64,000 nucleotides of DNA from Nitrososphaeraceae archaeon (GTDB taxonomy: Archaea; Thermoproteota; Nitrososphaeria; Nitrososphaerales; Nitrososphaeraceae). This document shows, piece after piece, positions 11,228 through 20,861 of the stretch (position 1 is the stretch's first letter; the number at the start of each line of letters is the position of its first letter). The notes under the pieces were generated by a model. That model was not told where the DNA came from and did no database searches. It was given only the letters and a program-made list of their open reading frames with translations. The stretch is from assembly GCA_035250975.1 (NCBI GenBank), contig DATFEP010000076.1, positions 1 to 64,000 of the forward strand, read 5' to 3'. A program made the translations under genes and the position numbers.

Positions 11228-12157
11228 ATGAAACCAATCTTTCTTTTTCTTTCTGTCATTGTAGTCATTTCTTTAATGATGTTCTCTAATTCAAATAATA
11301 TTGCTTACGCTCATACCTTTTCTGGAGACGAGAGTGCTTCATTTTTGACATTGATCGAAGAAATCAGTACTCGATCAGATCTTATAGAAAAGTTGCTGTT
11401 AAATAATTCAACATTAGCACAGCGAATTGCAGAAAATATATCGAAGCTTGTCACACCTGAAATTTTCGAAGAGATCTCTGAGAAAAATAAGTTAGTAGCC
11501 AATTCACTTAACGAGTCATTATCTGATCTTGAAAATTCATTTAATTTTACCAACAAAATAGTATACGTTGAGATAAAAGAGAAGATAAAGAATCTTGACG
11601 ATATTTTAGGAGAAGTAGTAAGTGTAAGAATCGAGAACGAACAACTAACAAATAATACTGTAAATGCCCTTGTACTTAATGATTTAATAGGAAAAGGTCT
11701 TCAAAGTTATGGCAAAGCATTTGGTATTAAAGCTGATGAACATTCTGAGGAACATGAAGGTGAACATGCAGAAGAAAAAGATGGACACGTAACAGAAGAC
11801 CACAACCAAGCGAGCACCTCTTCATTTTCAAACTCTCTTGTCAATATTGAACTAATAGATTCAACGAAACATCAAAATGCATCCAACAAAAATATAACTA
11901 ATGCCAAGATAGTGGACCAGGTTGAATATCAAATTGCACAAGCATTATTTAATAAATCCATTGAAAAATTTAATGAACTAAAAGCATCTATTACCTCTAA
12001 CATGTCTAACTTGTCCAGTATCCTGGAATCATCATTAGTTAAACTAAATAATGCAGTAGATAATAAAGAATCATTTGAAGTAATAGATGACATTGTAGAT
12101 GGAGAAGTAACACCACAATTAGAGACTATTTTTAAGATAAAAATAGAAGAAGAATAA
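11228..12157 (+). CDS. Secreted helical protein with N-terminal His (HTF family) and a His/Glu-rich loop
   Basis: AYA-HTFSGDESASF; DEHSEEHEGEHAEEKDGH; paralog of 20862 and 21753. Confidence 0.8.
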   Translation: MKPIFLFLSVIVVISLMMFSNSNNIAYAHTFSGDESASFLTLIEEISTRSDLIEKLLLNNSTLAQRIAENISKLVTPEIFEEISEKNKLVANSLNESLSDLENSFNFTNKIVYVEIKEKIKNLDDILGEVVSVRIENEQLTNNTVNALVLNDLIGKGLQSYGKAFGIKADEHSEEHEGEHAEEKDGHVTEDHNQASTSSFSNSLVNIELIDSTKHQNASNKNITNAKIVDQVEYQIAQALFNKSIEKFNELKASITSNMSNLSSILESSLVKLNNAVDNKESFEVIDDIVDGEVTPQLETIFKIKIEEE

Positions 12158-12175
12158 TTTTCGATAGCAAATATT

Positions 12176-15100
12176 TTGATATTACGATATCTTAAATTAT
12201 CATCAATTGCTTTTGTAATCCTTTTTTGTTTTCTTAGTTTAAATGGGATACATTATTTTAAGGATGCATATGGACATCCTGTAGTTATAGATTCTTCTCC
12301 AAAACAATTTCAATCGTTAGAGGAATCGCCAGATAAAGTGATTGTTTTTTTCAGCGAAGCAATAGTATTACAATATAGTCAAATATCTATAATTGACTCT
12401 GAAGGAAATAGAGTAGATGATGGCAAAGCAGAAAACTATAACGGTGATACCTCTACAATTACTAGGAATATTAAGGAAGACCTTCCTGAAGGTACATACA
12501 CTATTAATACAAAAGTCTTATCTGCGGTCGATGGTCATGTAGTTGATAACTCGGTTGTTTTTAGTGTAGGAGAAGGCGTTGCCGGTATAGGTGAAGAAAC
12601 CAGAGCTAAGTCCAAGAGTATATTTGAACTTATCTCTTTTGATAATTCATTGAGCAGAGTTCCAGGCTATGTGGGCCAGATCATAATTATAGGCGCTCCA
12701 TTGATATTTTTATGGATACAAAAACCTCTATCACAATTTAGTCATATTAGGACACAAATGAATAAAGTTTTTGTTGATGCAAGAAAAAACTTGATGAAAT
12801 TAATCATTATTTCTGATATGCTTGTTATATTTTCAGTTGTTATAATGGTAGTGCTTCAAGCGTCATCTATAGGTGGAAATATAATAGATGTCTTTAGTAC
12901 TGAATTTGGAGAAATATTAATAATCAGATTGATCATTTCTATTATACTTTTAATTGTAACTTTCATATTTTATAATAAATACAAAATAGCATATGGTATC
13001 TTAAATACCAAAGTATTATTATTAATAATAATATTAGGCTTAGCAATACTGTTTACTAACAGTTTAATTTCGCATTCTGCAGCGCTGGAAGATAGTTTGC
13101 CAATTTTCTTGGATTATTTTCACGGAATAGCCGCATCGATATGGATAGGAGGTTTAGTATTTCTTGCTTTTATTTTAGTACCTAGAATGTTCGAAGTAAA
13201 AGAAAATGAACTGAAATTTAGAATCATTTCTATAATAATACCTAGATTTTCTATTATAATTTTACCTATTTTGGGCAGTATTGTTTTTACTGGCCCTGCA
13301 TTATTGTGGTTTATAGAAAATAACCTTTTTACAACATTTTCTTCATTATATGGTAAAATACTAATTTTAAAATTAAGTTTAGCTTTCATAATGGTTGCAT
13401 TTGGCGCTTATCATCAATTTATTACCAATAGCAAAGTTAGAAACATATTGATAAAAAAAATTGGAAGGGGTACAGAATTAATAACTACTATCAGTTTATA
13501 CTCTAGTCTAAGAAGATTTTACATACTATTAAGAATTGAATCAGTTGTAGGAATTACTTTATTATTTGTAGTATCTTTAATGACTAATATGGTATTACCA
13601 TCAGGAGAATTTCAAACTTCAGATAATAATAATAATTTTGCTATTTCTCAAGAAATAAATCTTATTCCAGATCAAGTCAACTCAATTTCTGCAAATAATG
13701 ACTATTTAACAGATATCTATTCAAACAATCAAAAGATTCGAGTAAAATTAGAGCCAGCAGCTCTAGGTCAAAACAGTATAATAGCATCGTTCATAGATTT
13801 AAACAGTGGTCAAAATAATGTTGATATTGAAAATGCTACCTTAAAACTCTACCAGATAGAAAAAAAAATTGGTCCAATGCAGTTGGAAATGGAACAAATC
13901 TCAAATGGAGTATTTTCAACTACATTACCTATTAGTACCTTAGGTGTGTGGAGTTTTGAAATTCAAGGAAAGACTTTTCAGCCAAATACTCCTAACACTA
14001 TCGCAACTTTCAATATAGATATAGAGCCTTCCCTGTCAGATCTAAAAATAAATATGACGGAATATCCAACGTCTGATCAAAGCTTATTATTATACCCTAT
14101 CTATCATGAAGCAACTAATTCTATCTGGGTAGGAGATACTTATCCTGGAAGCGGAAGAATCCTAGAATTTAGCATCAGTGATAAAACCTATAAGATTCAT
14201 AAGATAGAGAATACAAATCTAATCACCTTATCTGTATTCGATACTATAGAAAATAACATATTATGGTATGTTGATCCAACTAAAAGTATAATAGGAAAAT
14301 ATGATGTGACAACAAACAAGTCTGATGAACAGCACGAATTACCATATATGGGAATTGTTTCTGGATTAGCTATAGATGGTGAACAAAATTTATGGCTAAG
14401 TACTATGCAAGACAATTCTATTATAAAATTTGATTCCAAGATGAAAAACTTTACTAGATATGAAATTCCTACCGAAAATTCAAGACCATTAGGCTTAATA
14501 TTTGATAAAAAAAATAATTATATATGGTTCGCTGAGGCATTGGGAAAACTGGGAAAAATTGATCTAAAGACAGGCTATATTGCTGAATATCCTAACAATA
14601 CAACTTTGATTTCAGAAGATTTTTCACTTTCTGAACCTACAGCATTACTACTGGATCCGAAGACCTCTAATATTTACATAAGTGACCATGAAGATAACTC
14701 TATAGTACTTTTCAATCCTATTATTGAATCATTTAAAAGGTATCCGTTGCCGGATAACGATGGACTTGCCTTTGGAATGGTTTTTGATATATATAAAAAT
14801 ATTTGGATTGCAGAACATGTATCTGACGTTTTAGCTATACTTGATCCTGATTCAGGAAAAACTACAAATATAAAAATACCAAAACAAGGATCATTTGTAC
14901 AATACCTTACAACTGATTCACAAGGCGATATATGGTTTGCAGAACAAAGGGGAGGAGGTTTGGGTAAGGCTACAATTAAATTTATTCCATCAAATATTCA
15001 ACCATCAAGGACCGAGTATCCTCCTACAAACAACAATACAACAAACCAAAGTAATAATAACAATGCAATACCAATGAATATAAAAAAATTAGAGTTTTAT

Positions 15101-15247
15101 AAAATAATTGGTCCATTAATGATAATGGTGGTCATTGCCTCTACATTGTTATATATAAATAGCTATGAGAAATTATATTCAAACTTGAATGATCTAGGCT
15201 TATTTCAAAGCAAGTTTAAAGACCAAACAAAAAACAAGAAAAGGTAA
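12176..15247 (+). CDS. copCD: CopC-CopD copper uptake protein fused to YtkA-like and Vgb-type beta-propeller domains, C-terminal TM
   Basis: AYG-HPVVIDSSP...VLSAVDGH (CopC); SHSAA, DYFHGIAASIWIGG (CopD); repeated D..GNIW/IWFAE propeller blades. Confidence 0.9.
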   Translation: MILRYLKLSSIAFVILFCFLSLNGIHYFKDAYGHPVVIDSSPKQFQSLEESPDKVIVFFSEAIVLQYSQISIIDSEGNRVDDGKAENYNGDTSTITRNIKEDLPEGTYTINTKVLSAVDGHVVDNSVVFSVGEGVAGIGEETRAKSKSIFELISFDNSLSRVPGYVGQIIIIGAPLIFLWIQKPLSQFSHIRTQMNKVFVDARKNLMKLIIISDMLVIFSVVIMVVLQASSIGGNIIDVFSTEFGEILIIRLIISIILLIVTFIFYNKYKIAYGILNTKVLLLIIILGLAILFTNSLISHSAALEDSLPIFLDYFHGIAASIWIGGLVFLAFILVPRMFEVKENELKFRIISIIIPRFSIIILPILGSIVFTGPALLWFIENNLFTTFSSLYGKILILKLSLAFIMVAFGAYHQFITNSKVRNILIKKIGRGTELITTISLYSSLRRFYILLRIESVVGITLLFVVSLMTNMVLPSGEFQTSDNNNNFAISQEINLIPDQVNSISANNDYLTDIYSNNQKIRVKLEPAALGQNSIIASFIDLNSGQNNVDIENATLKLYQIEKKIGPMQLEMEQISNGVFSTTLPISTLGVWSFEIQGKTFQPNTPNTIATFNIDIEPSLSDLKINMTEYPTSDQSLLLYPIYHEATNSIWVGDTYPGSGRILEFSISDKTYKIHKIENTNLITLSVFDTIENNILWYVDPTKSIIGKYDVTTNKSDEQHELPYMGIVSGLAIDGEQNLWLSTMQDNSIIKFDSKMKNFTRYEIPTENSRPLGLIFDKKNNYIWFAEALGKLGKIDLKTGYIAEYPNNTTLISEDFSLSEPTALLLDPKTSNIYISDHEDNSIVLFNPIIESFKRYPLPDNDGLAFGMVFDIYKNIWIAEHVSDVLAILDPDSGKTTNIKIPKQGSFVQYLTTDSQGDIWFAEQRGGGLGKATIKFIPSNIQPSRTEYPPTNNNTTNQSNNNNAIPMNIKKLEFYKIIGPLMIMVVIASTLLYINSYEKLYSNLNDLGLFQSKFKDQTKNKKR

Positions 15248-15460
15248 AAAATATACTTTTAGATCCGAGCATCAATAAATCATTATTATGGCGTCTTTGT
15301 AGTAGTGGTATCAGTTAGATAATTTTATCAAGAACATAGTAGACTAACAAGATTAACCTATAACAGAATTATTTTTAAATTAAATTAGCATTAATATTAA
15401 CAATTAATTTTATTACCTAAAAAATGTAAGATTATAACAGGGATTTTATAGAATAGCTAT

Positions 15461-16129
15461 ATGAAATTTCCTTTAATTATTTTGACAATACTGGTATTTG
15501 GTATATTTTTCCACTTTCAAACTAGTTTTGCACATAAGGACGTTCAAGTTGGAAATATAACTATAACTGCAGGCTGGGATGCTGAGCCACCATTACTCAA
15601 CAACTTGAACAGTCTATTATTAATGTTTCATGAAAATGATAAACCCATAAGAAATGCTATGAAAGATATAACTGTTAATGTACTATTTGGAGGAGTTACA
15701 AAAGAGGTTAATTTCCTACCTTCAGAGGAATCTCCAGGGACATATTTATCAGAAATAATTCCTACACAATTAGGCACTTTTGAACTATCTTTAGAAGGAA
15801 AATTAAAGGATCAGAATATTAAAACTCAAATTAAGATAGAGGATGTAGAAGATACAGGAAAATTGTCTTTCCCACCAGTAGAAAATGCTGATATATCTCA
15901 AAATATAGGCAGTCAAATTAAGCCTATAATTACCGATATAAACAGACAGGTAGAAGCAAATAAGAATTCTAATAATGAGACTAGTCATTTAATTGGAGAA
16001 TTGACAAATACAGTTAATGAAATGAAGATTGATTTGAATAAAATAGGATTGTTCTCCTTTGTTGGGGTTGCGATCGGATCGGCTGCTATTATATTATCAT
16101 CTTGGAAAAAATTCAAAAGAAATAATTGA
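15461..16129 (+). CDS. Membrane-anchored secreted Ig-like protein with N-terminal His
   Basis: SFA-HKDV; AGWDAEPP; PGTY; coiled coil; C-terminal TM followed by KKFKR. Confidence 0.8.
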   Translation: MKFPLIILTILVFGIFFHFQTSFAHKDVQVGNITITAGWDAEPPLLNNLNSLLLMFHENDKPIRNAMKDITVNVLFGGVTKEVNFLPSEESPGTYLSEIIPTQLGTFELSLEGKLKDQNIKTQIKIEDVEDTGKLSFPPVENADISQNIGSQIKPIITDINRQVEANKNSNNETSHLIGELTNTVNEMKIDLNKIGLFSFVGVAIGSAAIILSSWKKFKRNN

Positions 16130-16727
16130 TAATTTTTGAATCCATTCACTCTTATTTCTAAATGTTTCATCTACCTATAACAAAGAATCTCCATAAATCT
16201 TTCGTTTCCTCTCTTTATTTTATTGGTATGAATAAACTGGAATGCCTTGAAATACCTGTAAATTGTACTTGTTTACAACCATAAATTCTTTTATCCAGAT
16301 ATGATACAAATTACTTGTAAATTTACAGTTATTTACATGAATGGTACCGTTTACACAGTACTTTTATGAACGAGTAACACATTTATATATGAGACCATGC
16401 CACTCAAGCTCGCAATATTCTGCATATTCGTGGTTAAAAATAATAAAACATATTTTACGTTATTACAGATAATGTAAAGGAATCGTTGTCACGCTGGCAC
16501 ATCAAACTGTCTGAATAGTTTGGGTCTTTAAGGGATACATGTAATCATTGTTGGATGATCCGTGAAAAATGTTGCTCTAACTTTCACGGGGTTTATTGCT
16601 TATTCCTAGATTTTCTTTCTGATATTTGTCAGTATAATAGCTATTGCTATCTAAAACGTGTTACTTGATAATAAAATAAAGTTAGTATATTTATGCTAAT
16701 AGCTATAATTTTATGAAAATTAAGTTA

Positions 16728-17348
16728 CTACATTTTATACAATTTATTAATTTTCATAGAGTCAAGTATTTTTTCTGCTATGGGTAAATAAGGAATATAT
16801 GAATTTGCATCAAAATTATACCTATATATTAATACAAGATCATTTGTCTTATCGATTGCGTACAAGTTTAACATGCCTGTAGTATTTCCCAGAGAATGTG
16901 AATGTCTAGACAAAATTCCTGATGCTTGATGTCCGTCTATCAAATATTTGTCAGAATGCTTTTCAACGAGTTGAAAAGTTGGATCGTTCTTTTGCATTTC
17001 AACCTCCAAGTGATCTATCAAGGTGTTAGCATAAGAAGAATAAGACTTGAATAATGGAAAACCATACTTGCCATTAATATCATCAAGTGGTATAACGTTA
17101 AACGATATTCGTACATTTGCAGAAATATCTAGATGCGATATTAAAACTTTCTTATAGAAAGGAGGGTTTTCATTTTCTATCTTTTCAATTTTCCAGTCAG
17201 ATTCATTCGGAAATTCTAAAGTAAATAGACCTTCAGGATCATTATAATCTAGCCATTTGATATTTTCAGGAACTATAAAATGAATGGGGACTAAAGGAGA
17301 CAAAAAAAGTAATGGGAAAAATAAAGGTACTAACTGTGTTTTTACCAT
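16728..17348 (-). CDS. Secreted PsbP-like domain protein
   Basis: Y.DPEGLFTLEFP..DWK ... IDGHQA ... YLPIAEKILDSM. Confidence 0.65.
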   Translation of the reverse strand: MVKTQLVPLFFPLLFLSPLVPIHFIVPENIKWLDYNDPEGLFTLEFPNESDWKIEKIENENPPFYKKVLISHLDISANVRISFNVIPLDDINGKYGFPLFKSYSSYANTLIDHLEVEMQKNDPTFQLVEKHSDKYLIDGHQASGILSRHSHSLGNTTGMLNLYAIDKTNDLVLIYRYNFDANSYIPYLPIAEKILDSMKINKLYKM

Positions 17349-17507
17349 TTAAAATATTATTATTTCTTTTTCAATTTATCTGTATTTTTAAATAATATTG
17401 GTCCTGATAGATATTGGTATTGAGGCTACACTGTAGATTAAAAATAAAATATTCATTGCTAAAATGTATTTATTTAAATTTATACACTTGAAGATTAATC
17501 TATTAAA

Positions 17508-17528
17508 GTACATTCATCGAATGTACCA
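17508..17528 (+). promoter_or_regulatory. Operator copy 4, perfect 8-3-8 palindrome
   Basis: GTACATTC-ATC-GAATGTAC-CA then caagaTTATTAA. Confidence 0.85.
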
Positions 17529-17558
17529 CAAGATTATTAACACTTATCCCTGTCTATT

Positions 17559-17640
17559 AATTGAATACCTTTAACAAGGTTTCGAGTAGTTTCAATTCAG
17601 GTGACCGGTTTTGGTCACCTGTCTCTTCATATTGTTTGTT
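17559..17640 (+). ncRNA. Candidate small RNA downstream of operator copy 4
   Basis: Stem AATTGAA/TTCAATT (17559-65/17591-97) with inner ACCTT/AAGGT; adjacent hairpin CAGGTGACC-GGTTTT-GGTCACCTG; T-rich tail. Confidence 0.5.
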
Positions 17641-17699
17641 AAAACGCACATATCGAGATAAACTTGAATTGGAGTTTATCTGAAATCCTATTCTTATTT

Positions 17700-18060
17700 G
17701 TTGGCTATATAGACTAATAAACAATTCATCCAATTATACAAATGAGAAAGACCATATTTGCAGTTCTTTTTCTTGGCAGGAAAACTATCATCAAAACAAC
17801 ATTTTGGATAAGATTCTTTAAGAAAGGTAATATATTGTGTCTTTTGGATTCAGAAGGTATACGATTGGCGCAACGATACGAATTCAACATTGTAAATAAA
17901 TGTCTTCAATATTTGGAATCCAGTTCAAATAAGATTCTCTCCTACAGGCATATTTCTTTTTAAATATTTATGCCAAGAATGGGTTTGTGAGCTAGGTCTA
18001 CAGAAATCGATAACCAAAAAGATGATCTAGAATCTGAACCCCACCTGCATGGTTAATTAA
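17700..18060 (-). mobile_element. Decayed IS6-family transposase remnant
   Basis: Minus-strand fragments FWLSISVDLAHKPILGIKYLKRNMPVGENLI and CFDDSFPAKKKNC resemble thaumarchaeal IS6 transposases. Confidence 0.6.
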
Positions 18061-18297
18061 CAGAATGGATCTGAGATTTTCTGCAGTTTTCCTATTTGTC
18101 ATCCATTTGTTTTCGTTTTTTTGAGAGAATGTATATATAAAATGTTTCTTCAAAAAAATCTTATAATTATATATAGAGTCAATACCGAAAAAAAGGTTGA
18201 TTACTAAAAAACTTAAAAACCCGTGCAGTAGAAAATGACAATCATCGATAAAACTGTTTGGTTAACTCTAGATAGAAAATAATAAATTCATGAAGAA

Positions 18298-18837
18298 TCA
18301 AAATTCTTCCATCATCTCAACATAATCTTCTACAATGTCGGAATTGAGACTGTTATTATATTTTTGTAAAGTATCTAGTAGACAAGATTTATCAATGGAG
18401 AGTTCATAAATATTGTAATCTTTTTGTCTTCGTATCCTTATAATATTAGATTCTTTTAGTCGCATCAAATGCCACGAAACGGTTGAGGGCACCTTATTGA
18501 TATAATCTACTATTTCATTGAAGCTGCACTGATCATGATCCGAGATAAACATCAGAACACTTCTTGTACTCTTCGGTCTCAATACAGCTAAAATTTTGGA
18601 TTCCTCATCGGATATGTCACTAGAATAATATCTAGTTACTCTATTGTTAATTCTGTCAATTTTAACTTTGCCGGAATGATCCAATTTATTTAAATGATAA
18701 GTTAGAACACCGTTAGAAAGTCCGGTTAGTCTCATTAATTCCCTATATCTGACGCCAGGAAATTTAATAATAAAATGAATTATCTTTTTTTGAACTGAAT
18801 TTTTTTCTTTCTTTATTAGAGTAGATTTTATAATCAT
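18298..18837 (-). CDS. Double winged-helix (ArsR-like) transcriptional regulator
   Basis: PGVRYRELMRLTGLSNGVLTYHL..L; second HTH SFNEI...I.KVPSTVSWHL.RL. Confidence 0.88.
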   Translation of the reverse strand: MIIKSTLIKKEKNSVQKKIIHFIIKFPGVRYRELMRLTGLSNGVLTYHLNKLDHSGKVKIDRINNRVTRYYSSDISDEESKILAVLRPKSTRSVLMFISDHDQCSFNEIVDYINKVPSTVSWHLMRLKESNIIRIRRQKDYNIYELSIDKSCLLDTLQKYNNSLNSDIVEDYVEMMEEF

Positions 18838-19247
18838 TTATTAGCACCTTTCATAAAACTTACCCCAAAAAAGATGACCATAATCAAGAGGATAACGTGA
18901 GAAAGCTCTATATTAACAGTTGGTATAAACATTCCATAAATATTTTCAGTGGAACCCAGTAGGTACAAATATTCAACCGCTACTAGAGTTACAAAACCCA
19001 TAGTCATAAATAAGATCTTGACACTTTTGGTTCTAGCATAAGCAAGGATAGAAACCAATGCAAGAAATTGTGATATTATCAATGATGCCAAGTGCATGAT
19101 AATGTGGTAGATCATATCTGTGTGGTAAATGTGTGGTAAGATAACTGGAACAGTTAAAATTGACAATACAACACTTGCGATCAATGCAAGTAGTTTAGGT
19201 TTATTATAAAATGTATCTGGATCATTAAAATTCCTTAGCAATACCAT
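18834..19247 (-). CDS. His-rich 4-TM membrane protein, translationally coupled to the regulator
   Basis: LPHIYHTDMIYHIIMH; ELSH; 4-bp ATGA-type overlap with 18837. Confidence 0.8.
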   Translation of the reverse strand: MVLLRNFNDPDTFYNKPKLLALIASVVLSILTVPVILPHIYHTDMIYHIIMHLASLIISQFLALVSILAYARTKSVKILFMTMGFVTLVAVEYLYLLGSTENIYGMFIPTVNIELSHVILLIMVIFFGVSFMKGANK

Positions 19248-19276
19248 AAGTCATCATAAAGAATTTAAATATATTA

Positions 19277-19293
19277 TGGTACAACCTTGAAAA
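19277..19293 (-). promoter_or_regulatory. Degenerate operator half-site at the sensor/regulator promoter
   Basis: Minus strand ttttcaaggttgtacca-taatatatttaaa, 29 nt before ATG 19247. Confidence 0.4.
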
Positions 19294-19364
19294 GAGTAAA
19301 TTATGCTTCGCTAATAAAAATGCAAGATCTCAGTATAACAAAGGGTAAATTTAACGAGATTAAT

Positions 19365-19381
19365 CTTCGAATGTTGTACTA
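19365..19381 (+). promoter_or_regulatory. Operator copy (for gene 19417)
   Basis: cttcgaatgttgtacta-taaagtttaaaa, aligns with copy 3; 35 nt to ATG. Confidence 0.6.
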
Positions 19382-19416
19382 TAAAGTTTAAAAGCATTAA
19401 TAATCAAGAAAATTTA

Positions 19417-20007
19417 ATGGCAAAATATTTCACAAATAATATTTTAGTAATTGTGGCAATAACAATTGCAGCAGGACTTTTTAATTTCGTACCTATCTTT
19501 GCACAAGGAGGCAATCAGACCATGACCAACACAACAACTACAGAAGAACACAGTGAAGAGTACACTGAAGGAATTTCAGTCCGGGATTCTGCTACTCTGT
19601 TGCTGCAGGATATGATAATACCTGCTCAAGATTTTATCCATCTCTATGACAGTACACCTGATATGATATTAAAAGGTCATGTTGCAGTAAAAATACCATG
19701 TGGGGACGACTCTGTTTCTCCGATTCAGGTCCTTATAGGTTCTGCTCCACAACTTGCTCCAGCTGAATTAGAAAACCTAGCAAATCTATCTAAACCTGGA
19801 GATTTGTGCCTATATCATGTTGATTTGATGCCTAGTGGAAATGTTTCTAAAATAACAGATATCGCATTAATGAATCCAACCGAAGACGACATAGAATTTC
19901 CAGTTACATCAACTGTTGTAATAGGCATTAATGAAATAGCCAAGGGAGAACATGAATCTCATGAAGCTGCAGAAGCAGGACATAGTGAACCTGTAGAAGG
20001 CACATAA
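19417..20007 (+). CDS. Secreted His/Cys-containing protein, paralog of 8325-8963, acidic His tail
   Basis: FIHLYDSTP..GHVAVKIPC, CLYHVDL, ITDIAL.N; tail GEHESHEAAEAGHSE. Confidence 0.82.
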   Translation: MAKYFTNNILVIVAITIAAGLFNFVPIFAQGGNQTMTNTTTTEEHSEEYTEGISVRDSATLLLQDMIIPAQDFIHLYDSTPDMILKGHVAVKIPCGDDSVSPIQVLIGSAPQLAPAELENLANLSKPGDLCLYHVDLMPSGNVSKITDIALMNPTEDDIEFPVTSTVVIGINEIAKGEHESHEAAEAGHSEPVEGT

Positions 20008-20444
20008 TACAATAAAATCTAAGTTAAATACATTTATTTTCTTTTTTTGATCTTTTTGAATTTGAAAAGTAAACTAATATCTATATAAGCCCAATAATTA
20101 TACGAGACAAAAAAAACATACAAATTAGTAACAATAGAACAATTAATTTCTATATATTCATTTGATTTGATTTGCTTTTTGCATCTCCGACATTAAAGCT
20201 GTAGTATAAATTTACTTGTTTAAGGAAGCTCATAAGCTTGGAAGTTGTGCAGTTAGAAAATTTACTGAGAATGTAAATGTCGTTAAATAGCTGCGCACAT
20301 AAATCCAATTAAAGTATTCCTTTTTCCTATTTTTAGTATTACTATATAAAAGATTGTATTTAAGACTTTAATAATATGTATTGAAATAGAGTACAATTTA
20401 TTATGACATTTTGTTAATGATACAAAATACTGGTAGCAAATATA

Positions 20445-20530
20445 AATGTAAGTTGCATTGTCGGGCTGTGACAATAACCCGACAATGGTTAGATGTTATC
20501 TGGCTGGGATGTCAAGCTTTCCTTTTGTCG
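20445..20530. ncRNA. Candidate structured RNA next to the operator at 20569
   Basis: Perfect 10-bp stem CATTGTCGGG(20456-65)/CCCGACAATG(20478-87) in a GC-enriched intergenic patch. Confidence 0.4.
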
Positions 20531-20568
20531 TAAATATATTCTTGAAAGTTTAAGATATAAATATTGAC

Positions 20569-20589
20569 GTACATACATCGAATGTACTA
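20569..20589. promoter_or_regulatory. Operator copy, near-perfect palindrome with TATA-like elements on both sides
   Basis: GTACATAC-ATC-GAATGTAC-TA; differs from copy 4 at one core base. Confidence 0.8.
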
Positions 20590-20810
20590 TTTAGATTATT
20601 AAATTTGATATATGAATGGCATAAAAATTATCATTATATTCTTACGTTACTAGGTCTTTCAAACTTTCATCGTAATAAGTTATCGGAATGGAATAATAAT
20701 AATTGAATAATAATTCTTCATTAGACGATCCATTTTCAAGTTCCTATGGTTTTTAAATGATATGATAGATTATGGTATTTAATAAATTTTAATAGTCATT
20801 ATGATCTATG

Positions 20811-20827
20811 ATTTCACGTATGTACCA
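20811..20827 (+). promoter_or_regulatory. Operator copy (for gene starting 20862)
   Basis: atttcacgtatgtacca, 34 nt before in-frame ATG 20862. Confidence 0.6.
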
Positions 20828-20861
20828 TAACTTTCTTAAGCCCCATATTCAAATTCTTTTC

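Noticed and set aside
16200-16600. Possible additional transposase relic on the minus strand
   Set aside because: Too degenerate for a family call by eye
17742-17963. 73-aa plus-strand ORF
   Set aside because: Antisense shadow of the IS6 remnant
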